Source of the DNA: Halarcobacter sp.
GTDB taxonomy: Bacteria; Campylobacterota; Campylobacteria; Campylobacterales; Arcobacteraceae
Direction: 5' to 3'
NCBI GenBank assembly: GCA_048571215.1
Contig: CP182352.1
Location: 3,040,001 to 3,104,000 of the forward strand
DNA length: 64,000 nt
In this document: piece by piece, positions 50,564 to 61,900 of the stretch
Layout: every line of letters starts with the position of its first letter
Position numbering within the stretch: the first letter of the stretch is position 1
Notes under the pieces: generated by a model
The model's input: only the letters and a program-made list of their open reading frames with translations
What the model was told of the DNA's origin: nothing
The model's database searches: none
Position numbers and translations under genes: made by a program

Positions 50564-51151
50564 ATGAGTATTAAAATTGGAATAGCAGGTCCTGTTGGAA
50601 GTGGCAAGACTTCTATAATTGAAAGCTTAACAAATTTGTTAAAAGACAAATATAGTTTGGGGATTGTTACAAATGATATATATACTACAGAAGATGCAAA
50701 CTATTTAAAAAGTAAACTTGATATCAATAATGAACAAATTATTGGTGTAGAAACAGGTGGTTGCCCCCATACAGCTATTAGAGATGATATCTCTATGAAT
50801 CAAAAAGCAGTAGAAGAGCTTGAAGAAAAATTTAATCCTGATATTATATTTGTAGAGAGTGGTGGGGATAATCTAAGTGCTACTTTTTCTTATGAATTAA
50901 TAGATTATTATCTTTATGTTATTGATGTGGCACAAGGGGCAGATATACCTAGAAAAAAAGGTGCTGGCTTACTTTTTTGCGATTTATTAGTTGTAAATAA
51001 AATTGACCTTTGCCCATATGTAAATGTAAATTTGGATAATTATATTTTAGATGTAAAAAATAATAGAAAAAATAAACCTTCTGTGTTTATTTCCCATAAA
51101 AAACCAGAAACGATTGATAGCTTAATAGCTTGGATAGAGGCACTAAAATAG
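50564..51151 (+). CDS. ureG: Urease accessory GTPase UreG
   Basis: GPVGSGKT, VTNDIYT.ED, VETGGCPHTAIRDD, ESGGDNL and NKID. Confidence 0.96.
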   Translation: MSIKIGIAGPVGSGKTSIIESLTNLLKDKYSLGIVTNDIYTTEDANYLKSKLDINNEQIIGVETGGCPHTAIRDDISMNQKAVEELEEKFNPDIIFVESGGDNLSATFSYELIDYYLYVIDVAQGADIPRKKGAGLLFCDLLVVNKIDLCPYVNVNLDNYILDVKNNRKNKPSVFISHKKPETIDSLIAWIEALK

Positions 51152-51619
51152 ATTTAAAGTGATTTTTTTTAAAATCATTTTTAAATTATCTCTTTCCTCT
51201 TTTGTTAAATTATTTAACATCTCTTCCCTTAAAGAGGCGATTTCATCCAAGCAAGATATAAGTAGCTCTTCCCCTTTTGGTTCAAGTTGCACTAGGGTAC
51301 TTCTTTTATCATCAGGGCTAGCAATCCTTGAAATATATTCTAATCCTTGAAGTTTTTTTAAAATCTTTGTCATACCTCCTGAGGAGAATACAATCCTATC
51401 ATAAAGTTCTGTTGGGGATAAAACCTTACCATTAAAATACAAAGCTGCTAAGACATCTAAATCAGAATGTATTAAATCATACTTTTCTTTTAATAACTGC
51501 TCATTTAAATTAAAAAGCTTTTTATGTATCAATGTTATTGGTAATGTGATATTAAATATCTCATATTTATCAATATTGCCTGCATTTTCAAAGAAATGTT
51601 CTATATGTTTTTTTTCCAT
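51143..51619 (-). CDS. MarR-family regulator
   Basis: LSPTELY....SSGGMTKILKKL...YISR....DKRS.LVQL..KG. Confidence 0.9.
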   Translation of the reverse strand: MEKKHIEHFFENAGNIDKYEIFNITLPITLIHKKLFNLNEQLLKEKYDLIHSDLDVLAALYFNGKVLSPTELYDRIVFSSGGMTKILKKLQGLEYISRIASPDDKRSTLVQLEPKGEELLISCLDEIASLREEMLNNLTKEERDNLKMILKKITLNLF

Positions 51620-51654
51620 AGGCGAATCTTAACACAAATTTAATAAAAAGAAAA

Positions 51655-51709
51655 TATCTTTCTTGCAAGATAGTTTTAAGTTCTTCTATGTTATCTTTCT
51701 TGCAAGATA
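51655..51709. promoter_or_regulatory. Two identical 18-bp operators (probable MarR sites)
   Basis: TATCTTTCTTGCAAGATA at 51655 and 51692, palindromic TATCTT-N6-AAGATA. Confidence 0.75.
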
Positions 51710-51721
51710 AAAGGAATAAGA

Positions 51722-51941
51722 TTGAAAACTTTTCTTATAGTTATAACCTTAGATATTTTTCTTTGGAGTCAAAACCTAAATGAGTACAAAAGTGTTTAAT
51801 TTAGCTCTTGGTGCAAAATATACAATGACTAACAAAGAGACTCCAAGCTTTGTTTCAAAAAATCCTATTTTGAATATTGAATCTGCACAAAAAGCTGCAA
51901 AAACAACAAGAACAACTAAAGATAATGGCGAACATAATTAA
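51722..51941 (+). pseudogene. Remnant of an exported (TolC-like) efflux gene or operon
   Basis: AAGGA RBS, then TTG-started MKTFLIVITLDIFLWSQNLNE (broken signal peptide, stop at 51799). A second frame reads LALGAKYTMTNKETPSF. Lies between MarR operators and tetR. Confidence 0.45.
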
Positions 51942-52488
51942 TAAAAGAATAAAACGGCGGTGCATAGCACTATCGTGCATAAATATTTTGACATCAAACT
52001 CTATAAAAGATTTGACTATATCTCAACTTGCAAAAGAGGCAAATATAGGCAAAGGAACTATCTATGAATACTTTTTAGATAAAGAGGATATAGTTTTAGA
52101 ACTAAGCCAAGCTTTATATGAAGAGTACAAACAAATAAGCTCTAAAAAAATCGCCTCTTTTCAAAATGCAAAAGATAAGATATATTGTAGTTTTACATCT
52201 TTATATGATGAAGAGTTTTTAAACCATAGAAAGATTTTAAATATTTTTATGGGTATTTGTCACTATAGGGTTGATGATTCCTACAAAAGATTTAAAAAAA
52301 GACTATATAAAGATCATTTATCTCTATTCTTATCTTTAATAAAATATGGAATTAAAAAAGAGAATCCAAAAAACTTATCAAAGATTTTATTGAATTCATA
52401 TACTGGATTTTTTATTATCTTTTTATTTTATAATGATTGTAAAAAAACAAAAAAAGAGATTAGAAAATTTTTAGAGTATGTGCTTTAA
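51925..52488 (+). CDS. TetR/AcrR-family regulator
   Basis: LTISQLAKEANIGKGTIYEYF.DKEDI HTH. ATG 51925 preferred over TTG 51877. Confidence 0.85.
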   Translation: MANIINKRIKRRCIALSCINILTSNSIKDLTISQLAKEANIGKGTIYEYFLDKEDIVLELSQALYEEYKQISSKKIASFQNAKDKIYCSFTSLYDEEFLNHRKILNIFMGICHYRVDDSYKRFKKRLYKDHLSLFLSLIKYGIKKENPKNLSKILLNSYTGFFIIFLFYNDCKKTKKEIRKFLEYVL

Positions 52489-52907
52489 CTTATAATATAT
52501 AATGTTGTAAGGCTTAAAAATAAATATCTAGCAAATTTTGCTAATACAACCAAAAATAAAAACCTCTTAAAATCATATTTTAAAATACCCGCTATAAAAG
52601 TGATAGGATCCCCAATAATTGGAGCCCAAGACAAAAGTAAAGCAAATCCGCCAAACCTATCAAAGATATTTTTATACTTTAAAATTCTTTTTTCATTTAA
52701 AACTTTTTTTTCTACTAAATACTCTTCCCCTTTTAAACCAAAATAATAGTTTACTATTGAGCCTAAACTATTCCCTAAGGTAGCAAAAAATAAAAGAAAA
52801 TAGATATTGTATCCTTGATTTATATCATAGATTAGTAAAGCTTCACTTCCCATAGGAAAAAGTGTAGCTGAGATAAAACTTGAAAAAAATAGAGTTAAAT
52901 AGTGCAT
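52485..52907 (-). CDS. YqaA/DedA-family membrane protein
   Basis: FISATLFPMGSE, ATLGN.LGS..NY and LLLSWAPIIGDP. Confidence 0.9.
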   Translation of the reverse strand: MHYLTLFFSSFISATLFPMGSEALLIYDINQGYNIYFLLFFATLGNSLGSIVNYYFGLKGEEYLVEKKVLNEKRILKYKNIFDRFGGFALLLSWAPIIGDPITFIAGILKYDFKRFLFLVVLAKFARYLFLSLTTLYIIS

Positions 52908-53072
52908 ATGGAAAAAACTTTTATCAAAAAAAACCTTTTAAAAACTATCAAATTATGGCATAATTTTTATAATAAATAGCCTTTAAAAATATTTACATGA
53001 AATTTAAGCTTTCTAAAGATATAATTACACCCCTAAAAGAAAAGCACAAAGAGTATCTAGGTACTTTTTATG

Positions 53073-53174
53073 CTCTTCTTTAGACCCTTACAATCATTTT
53101 TAGAGACAACGCCCCAGGATGGGAACATAGCAAGGCACCTCTTCTTTTGGTGTGTTTGGGTATCTGGAGAAGAG
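53073..53174 (+). ncRNA. ffs: Signal recognition particle RNA (small type, 4.5S)
   Basis: Helix 8 signature GCC-C-CAGG-ATG-GGAA-CAT-AGCA-A-GGC inside a long hairpin closed by CTCTTCT/AGAAGAG. TATAAT at 53020. Ends are approximate. Confidence 0.88.
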
Positions 53175-53189
53175 TGCTAATAGCACTCT
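53171..53189. terminator. Hairpin downstream of ffs
   Basis: AGAGTGCT-AAT-AGCACTCT. Confidence 0.55.
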
Positions 53190-53215
53190 AATTCAATCTA
53201 ACAAAGCCCATATAT

Positions 53216-55069
53216 TTAATCATTATTTGGAATACTCATAATATACTCTAAGCCTAGATTATTTTTACATTCAACTTTGCCATTTAGTTGAAACTCAATT
53301 AGCGAGTTTATCAATCCAAAACCAAAACCTTTTTTTATCTTTGTGCTATCTATACCAATACCATTGTCTTTATAAACTAAAATTAGATGGTTTTTTTCTT
53401 TATATGCTTTTATATCTATTTGCCCATTTTGATTCTCAAATGCATATTTTATACTATTTGTTATAAGTTCATTGATAACTAAACCAATAGGTATAAGATA
53501 AGTTTGGTCAAGTAGAATTTTTTCTAGTTTTAGATTAAACTCTATATCAAAAGAACTAAAACTTTTTTTTGATTCAAAGATTATTTGTTGAAGATAGTTT
53601 TTTAAATCAAATTCATAAACATCATCACTTTCTAAAAAATTCTCATACAAAATAGAGATTGATTTTATTCTTTTAATATTTTTTTCTAAAATAGCTTTGT
53701 CTTTTATAGTTTCAATTTTTTCTTTATCCATTGAAAGTAGGGCACTTATGATTTGAAGATTGTTTTTAATACGATGTGATAACTCTTTTAAAAGTATAGA
53801 TTTGTTTTTTATTTCTTTTGATAAATCTAGAGTTCGTACCTCTACTTGTTTCTCTAAATTTTCATTAAGTTCAAGAACTTCATTTTTTGTTTTTTCTAAA
53901 ATAAGATTAAGTGAGGTATATCTATATGCTAGTGCAATTGAAAATAAAATAGAATCAATCATCATACCAATATCTACACCTTTAAACAAATACCAATCAT
54001 AAGGTATAAGAGGAAGATTTGCAACTACCATTGTAAAAAATGCACCAGTAGATCCAAATATAGTTGCTAATATAAAAAATAGAGCTTTTTTATTTCCTTT
54101 TATATATGAATATACTCCTAGGAAAAATATATAAATACTAAAAAGTGGAGTGATAACATTTGCATAAAAAATATTGGCTTCATACCCTAATACAATTGTT
54201 ATTATAATTATCAAAATATGTAGTTTTAAAATATTATTGGTAAGTTTATTTAATTTAGGAAGTTTCTCTTTTAGTTCTAAAAAGTATTTTGCAAAAAGTA
54301 AACTACATAACAAATACAAAGTTATAGGGATAGATTGCATCCAGTTTTGAAAATTTGGATAATCAAAATAAAGGTATTTGAAGGTGTAACTTTCATATCC
54401 TAAACTCATCACCAAATAACTCATCAAATATAAACAATAAAAAAAGTAACTACTGTATCTAGTGATAATAAAAATCAAAAGATTAAAAATTAAAAGAGCT
54501 GTAACAACACTATAGGTACTAATTTCAACTAAATTTTTTTCTATGATTTTTTCATATAATCCTTTTTCACTCATAATTGATAAGGGAATGATAAATGGAT
54601 CACGAGTTTTGATTTGTAAATAAACTTTATGTTTACCATTTGAAAACTCATGAACTTGATTTAAAAGATTGATTTGCATAGAACGTTCTTTAAAGGGCAA
54701 TAATGTACCTAGTTGATATTTAGTAAGTTTTTCATCTTTATCATAAATATAAATATTTATGCTATCTATCCAAGGAGCATCAAATACAAAATATCTTTTT
54801 AAACTATTCTGAGTATTGTTTATAAGGTTAAATTGTAACCAATATGTTGAGTTTGTAAAAAAACTAAGAAAAGCTTTTCTATTGTATTGTGTAAACTCAG
54901 AATCTTTTAATAATCTAATACTATCTATATCATAAGTTGAATCTACATCCTCAAAATATTGAATACTTTTGCCAATATATGGTAACTCTTTTTTTTCTAT
55001 ATTGATATCTTTAGCAAAGAGTGAGAATGTATTTAGAAAAAATATTATAAATAAAAAATGTAGTTTCAA
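53216..55069 (-). CDS. 7TM-DISM sensor histidine kinase (DISMED2 + 7TM + HisKA_2 + HATPase)
   Basis: Periplasmic YW..F.L.N domain, seven hydrophobic helices, ELSHRIKNNLQII, NELITNSIKYAF, DNGIG and GFG..LI. Confidence 0.88.
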   Translation of the reverse strand: MKLHFLFIIFFLNTFSLFAKDINIEKKELPYIGKSIQYFEDVDSTYDIDSIRLLKDSEFTQYNRKAFLSFFTNSTYWLQFNLINNTQNSLKRYFVFDAPWIDSINIYIYDKDEKLTKYQLGTLLPFKERSMQINLLNQVHEFSNGKHKVYLQIKTRDPFIIPLSIMSEKGLYEKIIEKNLVEISTYSVVTALLIFNLLIFIITRYSSYFFYCLYLMSYLVMSLGYESYTFKYLYFDYPNFQNWMQSIPITLYLLCSLLFAKYFLELKEKLPKLNKLTNNILKLHILIIIITIVLGYEANIFYANVITPLFSIYIFFLGVYSYIKGNKKALFFILATIFGSTGAFFTMVVANLPLIPYDWYLFKGVDIGMMIDSILFSIALAYRYTSLNLILEKTKNEVLELNENLEKQVEVRTLDLSKEIKNKSILLKELSHRIKNNLQIISALLSMDKEKIETIKDKAILEKNIKRIKSISILYENFLESDDVYEFDLKNYLQQIIFESKKSFSSFDIEFNLKLEKILLDQTYLIPIGLVINELITNSIKYAFENQNGQIDIKAYKEKNHLILVYKDNGIGIDSTKIKKGFGFGLINSLIEFQLNGKVECKNNLGLEYIMSIPNND

Positions 55070-55173
55070 GTTATCCCTTTATAAATCTCTAAGCATAATA
55101 ATAGCGAAAAGTGTTTTAGTTATTTTAAGTTTTAAAAATATACAATCCTATAAAATAATAAATAGAGAGTAAA

Positions 55174-55839
55174 ATGAATATAGTTATTTTAGAAGATGAA
55201 GCTATCGTGATGATGTTTTTAAAGTCATCTTTGGAATCAAATGGTCACAAAGTAATAGCCTCATTTAACAGTTTCGAAGGTTTTTTTGAGTTTTTTGAAA
55301 AAGAACAAGTAGATTTAGTTTTAATGGACATACAAGTTCAAGGTGCTTTAGATGGAACTCAAATAGCATCAAGATTGAGATTATTAGATAAAAATGTAAA
55401 AATTGTTTTTGTCACTTCTTTTAAAGATAGTCAAACAATTCAATTGGCAAAAGAATCAAAACCAAATGGATATTTAATCAAACCTATATCAAAAGAGGAT
55501 TTAGAAGCGATACTTATGATATGTGAAATCAATCTTCCACAAAAAAAAGAACCTTGTAATATAAAAATAGCTAATTATGAATTTAATCCAAATAGTAAAA
55601 CTATTCAAGAAAATAATAAGTTAATCAAACTAACGCAAAAAGAATTGCACTGCTTTGAACTTCTACTTAAAAACAAAAATAATCATATCTCCCATGAACA
55701 TTTGGTTCAATCCCTTTGGAATGAAGATTTGTATTCAAGATCAAACTCTTTAAGAGAATTAGTTTATCGAATAAGAAAAAAACTACCGAATCTAATAATT
55801 GAGAACAGTGTAAATATAGGATATATCCTAAAAGATTAA
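55174..55839 (+). CDS. Response regulator (REC + OmpR-type winged helix)
   Basis: ILEDE, LMDI, YLIKP, LTQKE, YRIRKK and IGY. Confidence 0.9.
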   Translation: MNIVILEDEAIVMMFLKSSLESNGHKVIASFNSFEGFFEFFEKEQVDLVLMDIQVQGALDGTQIASRLRLLDKNVKIVFVTSFKDSQTIQLAKESKPNGYLIKPISKEDLEAILMICEINLPQKKEPCNIKIANYEFNPNSKTIQENNKLIKLTQKELHCFELLLKNKNNHISHEHLVQSLWNEDLYSRSNSLRELVYRIRKKLPNLIIENSVNIGYILKD

Positions 55840-55851
55840 TAAAAAAACATT

Positions 55852-55885
55852 TTCTAACACCATTCTAATACTGATGATATATGAT
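55852..55885 (+). promoter_or_regulatory. 11-bp-spaced direct repeat (OmpR-type box) plus -10 of the adhesin gene
   Basis: TTCTAACAC at 55852 and TTCTAATAC at 55863, TATGAT at 55880. Confidence 0.6.
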
Positions 55886-55925
55886 AATAGTAATGTAATC
55901 TATATCAAAAAATTGGAATCTTCAA

Positions 55926-58900
55926 ATGAATAGTAACTATAAATATAAAAATGCCTTTAGAATACTAAAAGGTGGAAAAATAAGTTTAGTAGTAAGTGCC
56001 TTACTCACAACTACTTCACTTTTTTCTGCTCCAAGTGGAGGAGTTGTAACAAGTGGGTCAGCAACAATTAATCAAAGTGGTAGTGTAACTAATATTAATC
56101 AAAGTAGCCAAAAGGCTAGTATAAATTGGAATAAATTTAGTATTGATAAAAATGAAACAGTAAATTTCAATCAACCAAATGTAAACTCAATTACTCTAAA
56201 TAGAGTAGTTGGTAATGAAAGAAGTGTTATCAATGGAGCACTTAATGCCAATGGTCAAGTTTGGATATTAAATTCAAATGGAGTTCTGTTTGGTAAAAAT
56301 GCTTCAATAAATACTTCAGGATTATTAGCAACAACTAAAAACATCTCTGATTTAGACTTTCAAAAAGGAAACTATAACTTTAAAGGAGATTCTACAAGTT
56401 CTATTATAAACCAAGGAACAATAGATATTAATAACTCTGGATATGTAGTATTTGCTTCAAATGAGGTACAAAATAGTGGAGTTATAAAAGCAGTAAAAGG
56501 AAATGTTCATTTAGTTGGTGCAAAAGAGTATAGTATAAATCTAAATGGGAACTCATTAGTAAACCTAACAGTTGACAAGGGAGTATTAGATGCTTTAGTT
56601 AAAAACTCAGGAACTATCATAGCAGATGGTGGGGAAGTATATCTAACAACCAATGCAGTTGATGAATTACTAAAAGGAGTTGTAAACAACACAGGTGTTA
56701 TTGAAGCTAACTCTATAGATGATGTTACTGGTAAAGTAGAACTCTTTGCCCATGGTGGAAAAGCAGAAGTTGGTGGAACTATAAGTGCTACTGATGGATT
56801 TGTGGAAACTTCTGGAAAAGATTTTAAGATATTAGACGATGCTATTATTAAAGCTGGAGAATGGCTAATTGACCCTGTTGATATTACTATTGATGATAGT
56901 TTAGCTAGTACTATTGAAACTGCTTTAGGAAGTGGTGATGTTACTATTGAAACTACAAGTGCAGGAGCGAGTTCTGTTAATACTTCATCTGGTGAAAGTG
57001 CAGGAGATGGAGATATTACTGTAAACAGTGGTATTACTTGGAGTACAAACAAAAAACTTACTTTAAAAGCTGATGATGAAATATATGTAAATGCAACAAT
57101 AGAGAATACAAATAACACAAATGGTGGAGTATATTTCCAAGCAGCTAATACTTCTAACAAAGTTATCTTTGATACAAATGGAAAAGTAATAGTAAACAAT
57201 GTATACCAACTTCAATGGATAAATCAAGCATTAAACGGTAAATATGAACTTGGTTCTAATATTGATGCTAGTGTTACTAAAAATTGGGATAGTGGAAAAG
57301 GATTTAATCCTATTGGAAATAATTTAGAATTCACAGGAAGTTTTGATGGTCTTGGACATACTATTGATTCTTTATATATAAATAGACCTAATCAAAATTA
57401 TGTAGGTCTTTTTGGATATACACAAAATTCAACTATTAAAAATATTGGGCTTACAAATATTGATATAACTGGAAATTATTATGTAGGAGGATTGGTTGGA
57501 TATAATGGTTATTCAACTATCTCTAACTCTTATGCCTCTGGTTCTGTTACTGGGAGTAGAGATTCTGTAGGAGGATTGGTTGGATATAATGATGATTCAA
57601 CTATCTCTAACTCTTATGCCTCTGGTTCTGTTTCTGGAGATTATTATGTAGGAGGATTGATTGGATGTAATTATGATAATTCAAGTATTTCTAACTCATA
57701 TGCCTCTGGTTCTGTTTCTGGATATTATTATGTAGGAGGATTGGTTGGATATAATGATACTTCAACCATCTCTAACTCTTATGCCTCTGGTTCTGTTTCT
57801 TCTGAAAGTGGAAGTTTTGTAGGAGGATTGGTTGGATATAATGATAATTTAAGTATCTCTAACTCTTATGCCTCTGGTTCTGTTTCTGGAAATTATTATG
57901 TAGGAGGATTGATTGGATATAATTATGATAATTCAAGTATCTCTAACTCTTATACCTCTGGTTCTGTTTCTGGAAATTATTATGTAGGAGGATTGGTTGG
58001 ATATAATGGTTATTCAACTATCTCTAACTCTTATACCTCTGGTTCTGTTTCTTCTGAAAGTGGAAGTTATGTAGGAGGATTGGTTGGGGAGAATTATGGA
58101 ACAATAACAAACTCTTTTTGGGACATAGACACAACAGGACAAACTAATTCTTCTGGTGGTGGAACTGGAATACATAGTTCAACAGATACAATAGATGCTT
58201 TCACTAAATCAACTTACAAAGATTTTGATTTTACAAATACTTGGTTTATGATAGATGGAGAAACAAGACCATTTTTAAGAATGGAATACTCTACAAATAT
58301 TACAAATGACCACCAACTTCAACTTATGGCTATGGATTTAACTGCAAACTATACTTTAGCAAAAAATATTACATATACAGGTAGTATGTGGAGTAGTAGA
58401 GGTTTTAATCCTATTGGAGATGATTCAAATATGTTTACAGGAGGCTTTGATGGTCTTGGACATACTATTGATTCTTTATATATAAATAGACCTAATCAAA
58501 ATTATGTAGGTCTTTTTGGATATACAAAAAATTCAACTATTAAAAATATTGGGCTTACAAAGGTTGAGATTAAAGGAAAAAATAATGTAGGAGGATTGGT
58601 TGGATATAATGAGTCTAATGGTGAAGCTTCAACTATCTTTAACTCTTATACTTCTGGTTCTGTTTCGGGAAGAGGAGAAAACCTTGGAGGTTTACTAGGT
58701 TATAACTATGGCGTTTACTCAGAAATTAATTATTCTTATTCCTCTGCAAATGTAATAGGAGAGGGTAGCACTAATCGAACAGGAGGGCTTGTTGGATGGA
58801 ACCATAATGGAGCTTCTATAAAAAACTCTTATGCTACAGGTTCTGTAAATGCACAAGATGGAGTTGGAGGTTTGCTAGGTTCTAATGAAGAAGATGCTAT

Positions 58901-61900
58901 AGTTGAAAATAGTTATTCAATAGGTAGTGTGCATGGTACAGAGGGTTCGATTGGAGGTTTGATTGGATGGAGTGATGCAAGAACAACTAATTCATACTGG
59001 GATACACAAAAATCAGGTCAAACAAATGGTATAGGAACTAATAAGAACAATCAAACTGCAACAGGTTTAACAACAGCTCAAATGAGTTATGGACAAATAT
59101 TCAAAGATGCTTCTTGGGATATAGTTGTAGATAGTAGTGTAACTTCTTCAATTCCTATTTTAAAATATGATAGTGTAAATAATAAATATGTTTGGGCTAT
59201 TGCTCCATTAGCTTTAAATTATACTTTAAGTGATAAAACAAGAACTTATAATGGAACACAAAGTTTAAGTAATCTTTATACAACAAGTTCAATCTTTGGA
59301 GAAAGTTATTCATTTTTAGATGGTGATTATAAATTCCAAGTATCAGGGAGTGATGTATCTGAATATAAAAATGCAGGAACATATAACAATATTAAAGTTG
59401 CTTCAGATAGTGATTTCTTGACTATTAAAGAAAGTGGAAATACAGCTGGAAAATTAACAATCACACCAAAAGCGATAACAGTATTAGCAGATAATCAAAC
59501 AAAAGTATATGGAGATGCTAATCCAAACTTAACATACTCATTGGCAACAGGTTCTTCTTTAGTAGGAAGTGATACTTTAAGCTCATTAGTAGATGGAAGT
59601 TTAAGTACAAGTGCAACAAGTACAAGTGGAGTAGGGAATAATTATGTCATTTCAACTTCAAACTTAAGTGATGTAGCGAATGATAACTATACAGTTACCT
59701 TTAATGATGGAAAATTAACAATCACACCAAAAGCGATAACAGTATTAGCAGATAATCAAACAAAAGTATATGGAGATGCTAATCCAAACTTAACATACTC
59801 ATTGGCAACAGGTTCTTCTTTAGTAGGAAGTGATACTTTAAGCTCATTAGTAGATGGAAGTTTAAGTACAAGTGCAACAAGTACAAGTGGAGTAGGGAAT
59901 AATTATGTCATTTCAACTTCAAACTTAAGTGATGTAGCGAATGATAACTATACAGTTACCTTTAATGATGGAAAATTAACAATCACACCAAAAGCGATAA
60001 CAGTATTAGCAGATAATCAAACAAAAGTATATGGAGATGCTAATCCAAACTTAACATACTCATTGGCAACAGGTTCTTCTTTAGTAGGAAGTGATACTTT
60101 AAGCTCATTAGTAGATGGAAGTTTAAGTACAAGTGCAACAAGTACAAGTGGAGTAGGGAATAATTATGTCATTTCAACTTCAAACTTAAGTGATGTAGCG
60201 AATGATAACTATACAGTTACCTTTAATGATGGAAAATTAACAATCACACCAAAAGCGATAACAGTATTAGCAGATAATCAAACAAAAGTATATGGAGATG
60301 CTAATCCAAACTTAACATACTCATTGGCAACAGGTTCTTCTTTAGTAGGAAGTGATACTTTAAGCTCATTAGTAGATGGAAGTTTAAGTACAAGTGCAAC
60401 AAGTACAAGTGGAGTAGGGAATAATTATGTCATTTCAACTTCAAACTTAAGTGATGTAGCGAATGATAACTATACAGTTACCTTTAATGATGGAAAATTA
60501 ACAATCACACCAAAAGCGATAACAGTATTAGCAGATAATCAAACAAAAGTATATGGAGATGCTAATCCAAACTTAACATACTCATTGGCAACAGGTTCTT
60601 CTTTAGTAGGAAGTGATACTTTAAGCTCATTAGTAGATGGAAGTTTAAGTACAAGTGCAACAAGTACAAGTGGAGTAGGGAATAATTATGTCATTTCAAC
60701 TTCAAACTTAAGTGATGTAGCGAATGATAACTATACAGTTACCTTTAATGATGGAAAATTAACAATCACACCAAAAGCGATAACAGTATTAGCAGATAAT
60801 CAAACAAAAGTATATGGAGATGCTAATCCAAACTTAACATACTCATTGGCAACAGGTTCTTCTTTAGTAGGAAGTGATACTTTAAGCTCATTAGTAGATG
60901 GAAGTTTAAGTACAAGTGCAACAAGTACAAGTGGAGTAGGGAATAATTATGTCATTTCAACTTCAAACTTAAGTGATGTAGCGAATGATAACTATACAGT
61001 TACCTTTAATGATGGAAAATTAACAATCACACCAAAAGCGATAACAGTATTAGCAGATAATCAAACAAAAGTATATGGAGATGCTAATCCAAACTTAACA
61101 TACTCATTGGCAACAGGTTCTTCTTTAGTAGGAAGTGATACTTTAAGCTCATTAGTAGATGGAAGTTTAAGTACAAGTGCAACAAGTACAAGTGGAGTAG
61201 GGAATAATTATGTCATTTCAACTTCAAACTTAAGTGATGTAGCGAATGATAACTATACAGTTACCTTTAATGATGGAAAATTAACAATCACACCAAAAGC
61301 GATAACAGTATTAGCAGATAATCAAACAAAAGTATATGGAGATGCTAATCCAAACTTAACATACTCATTGGCAACAGGTTCTTCTTTAGTAGGAAGTGAT
61401 ACTTTAAGCTCATTAGTAGATGGAAGTTTAAGTACAAGTGCAACAAGTACAAGTGGAGTAGGGAATAATTATGTCATTTCAACTTCAAACTTAAGTGATG
61501 TAGCGAATGATAACTATACAGTTACCTTTAATGATGGAAAATTAACAATCACACCAAAAGCGATAACAGTATTAGCAGATAATCAAACAAAAGTATATGG
61601 AGATGCTAATCCAAACTTAACATACTCATTGGCAACAGGTTCTTCTTTAGTAGGAAGTGATACTTTAAGCTCATTAGTAGATGGAAGTTTAAGTACAAGT
61701 GCAACAAGTACAAGTGGAGTAGGGAATAATTATGTCATTTCAACTTCAAACTTAAGTGATGTAGCGAATGATAACTATACAGTTACCTTTAATGATGGAA
61801 AATTAACAATCACACCAAAAGCGATAACAGTATTAGCAGATAATCAAACAAAAGTATATGGAGATGCTAATCCAAACTTAACATACTCATTGGCAACAGG

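Noticed and set aside
52956..52970. TGGCA sigma54-like element
   Set aside because: There is no GC at the -12 position (it reads AT).
53030..53190. 6S RNA or riboswitch interpretation
   Set aside because: The CAGG/GGAA/AGCA helix-8 signature identifies SRP RNA.
56507..57199. 230-aa minus-strand ORF
   Set aside because: Antisense shadow of the adhesin, with no recognisable motifs.
904..59382. Many short ORFs in the track that overlap larger genes (e.g. 904-1152, 11554-11877, 28630-29040, 45711-46049, 48687-49193, 53760-54002, 59197-59382)
   Set aside because: They lie antisense or out of frame within well-supported genes and have no motifs or clear RBS.
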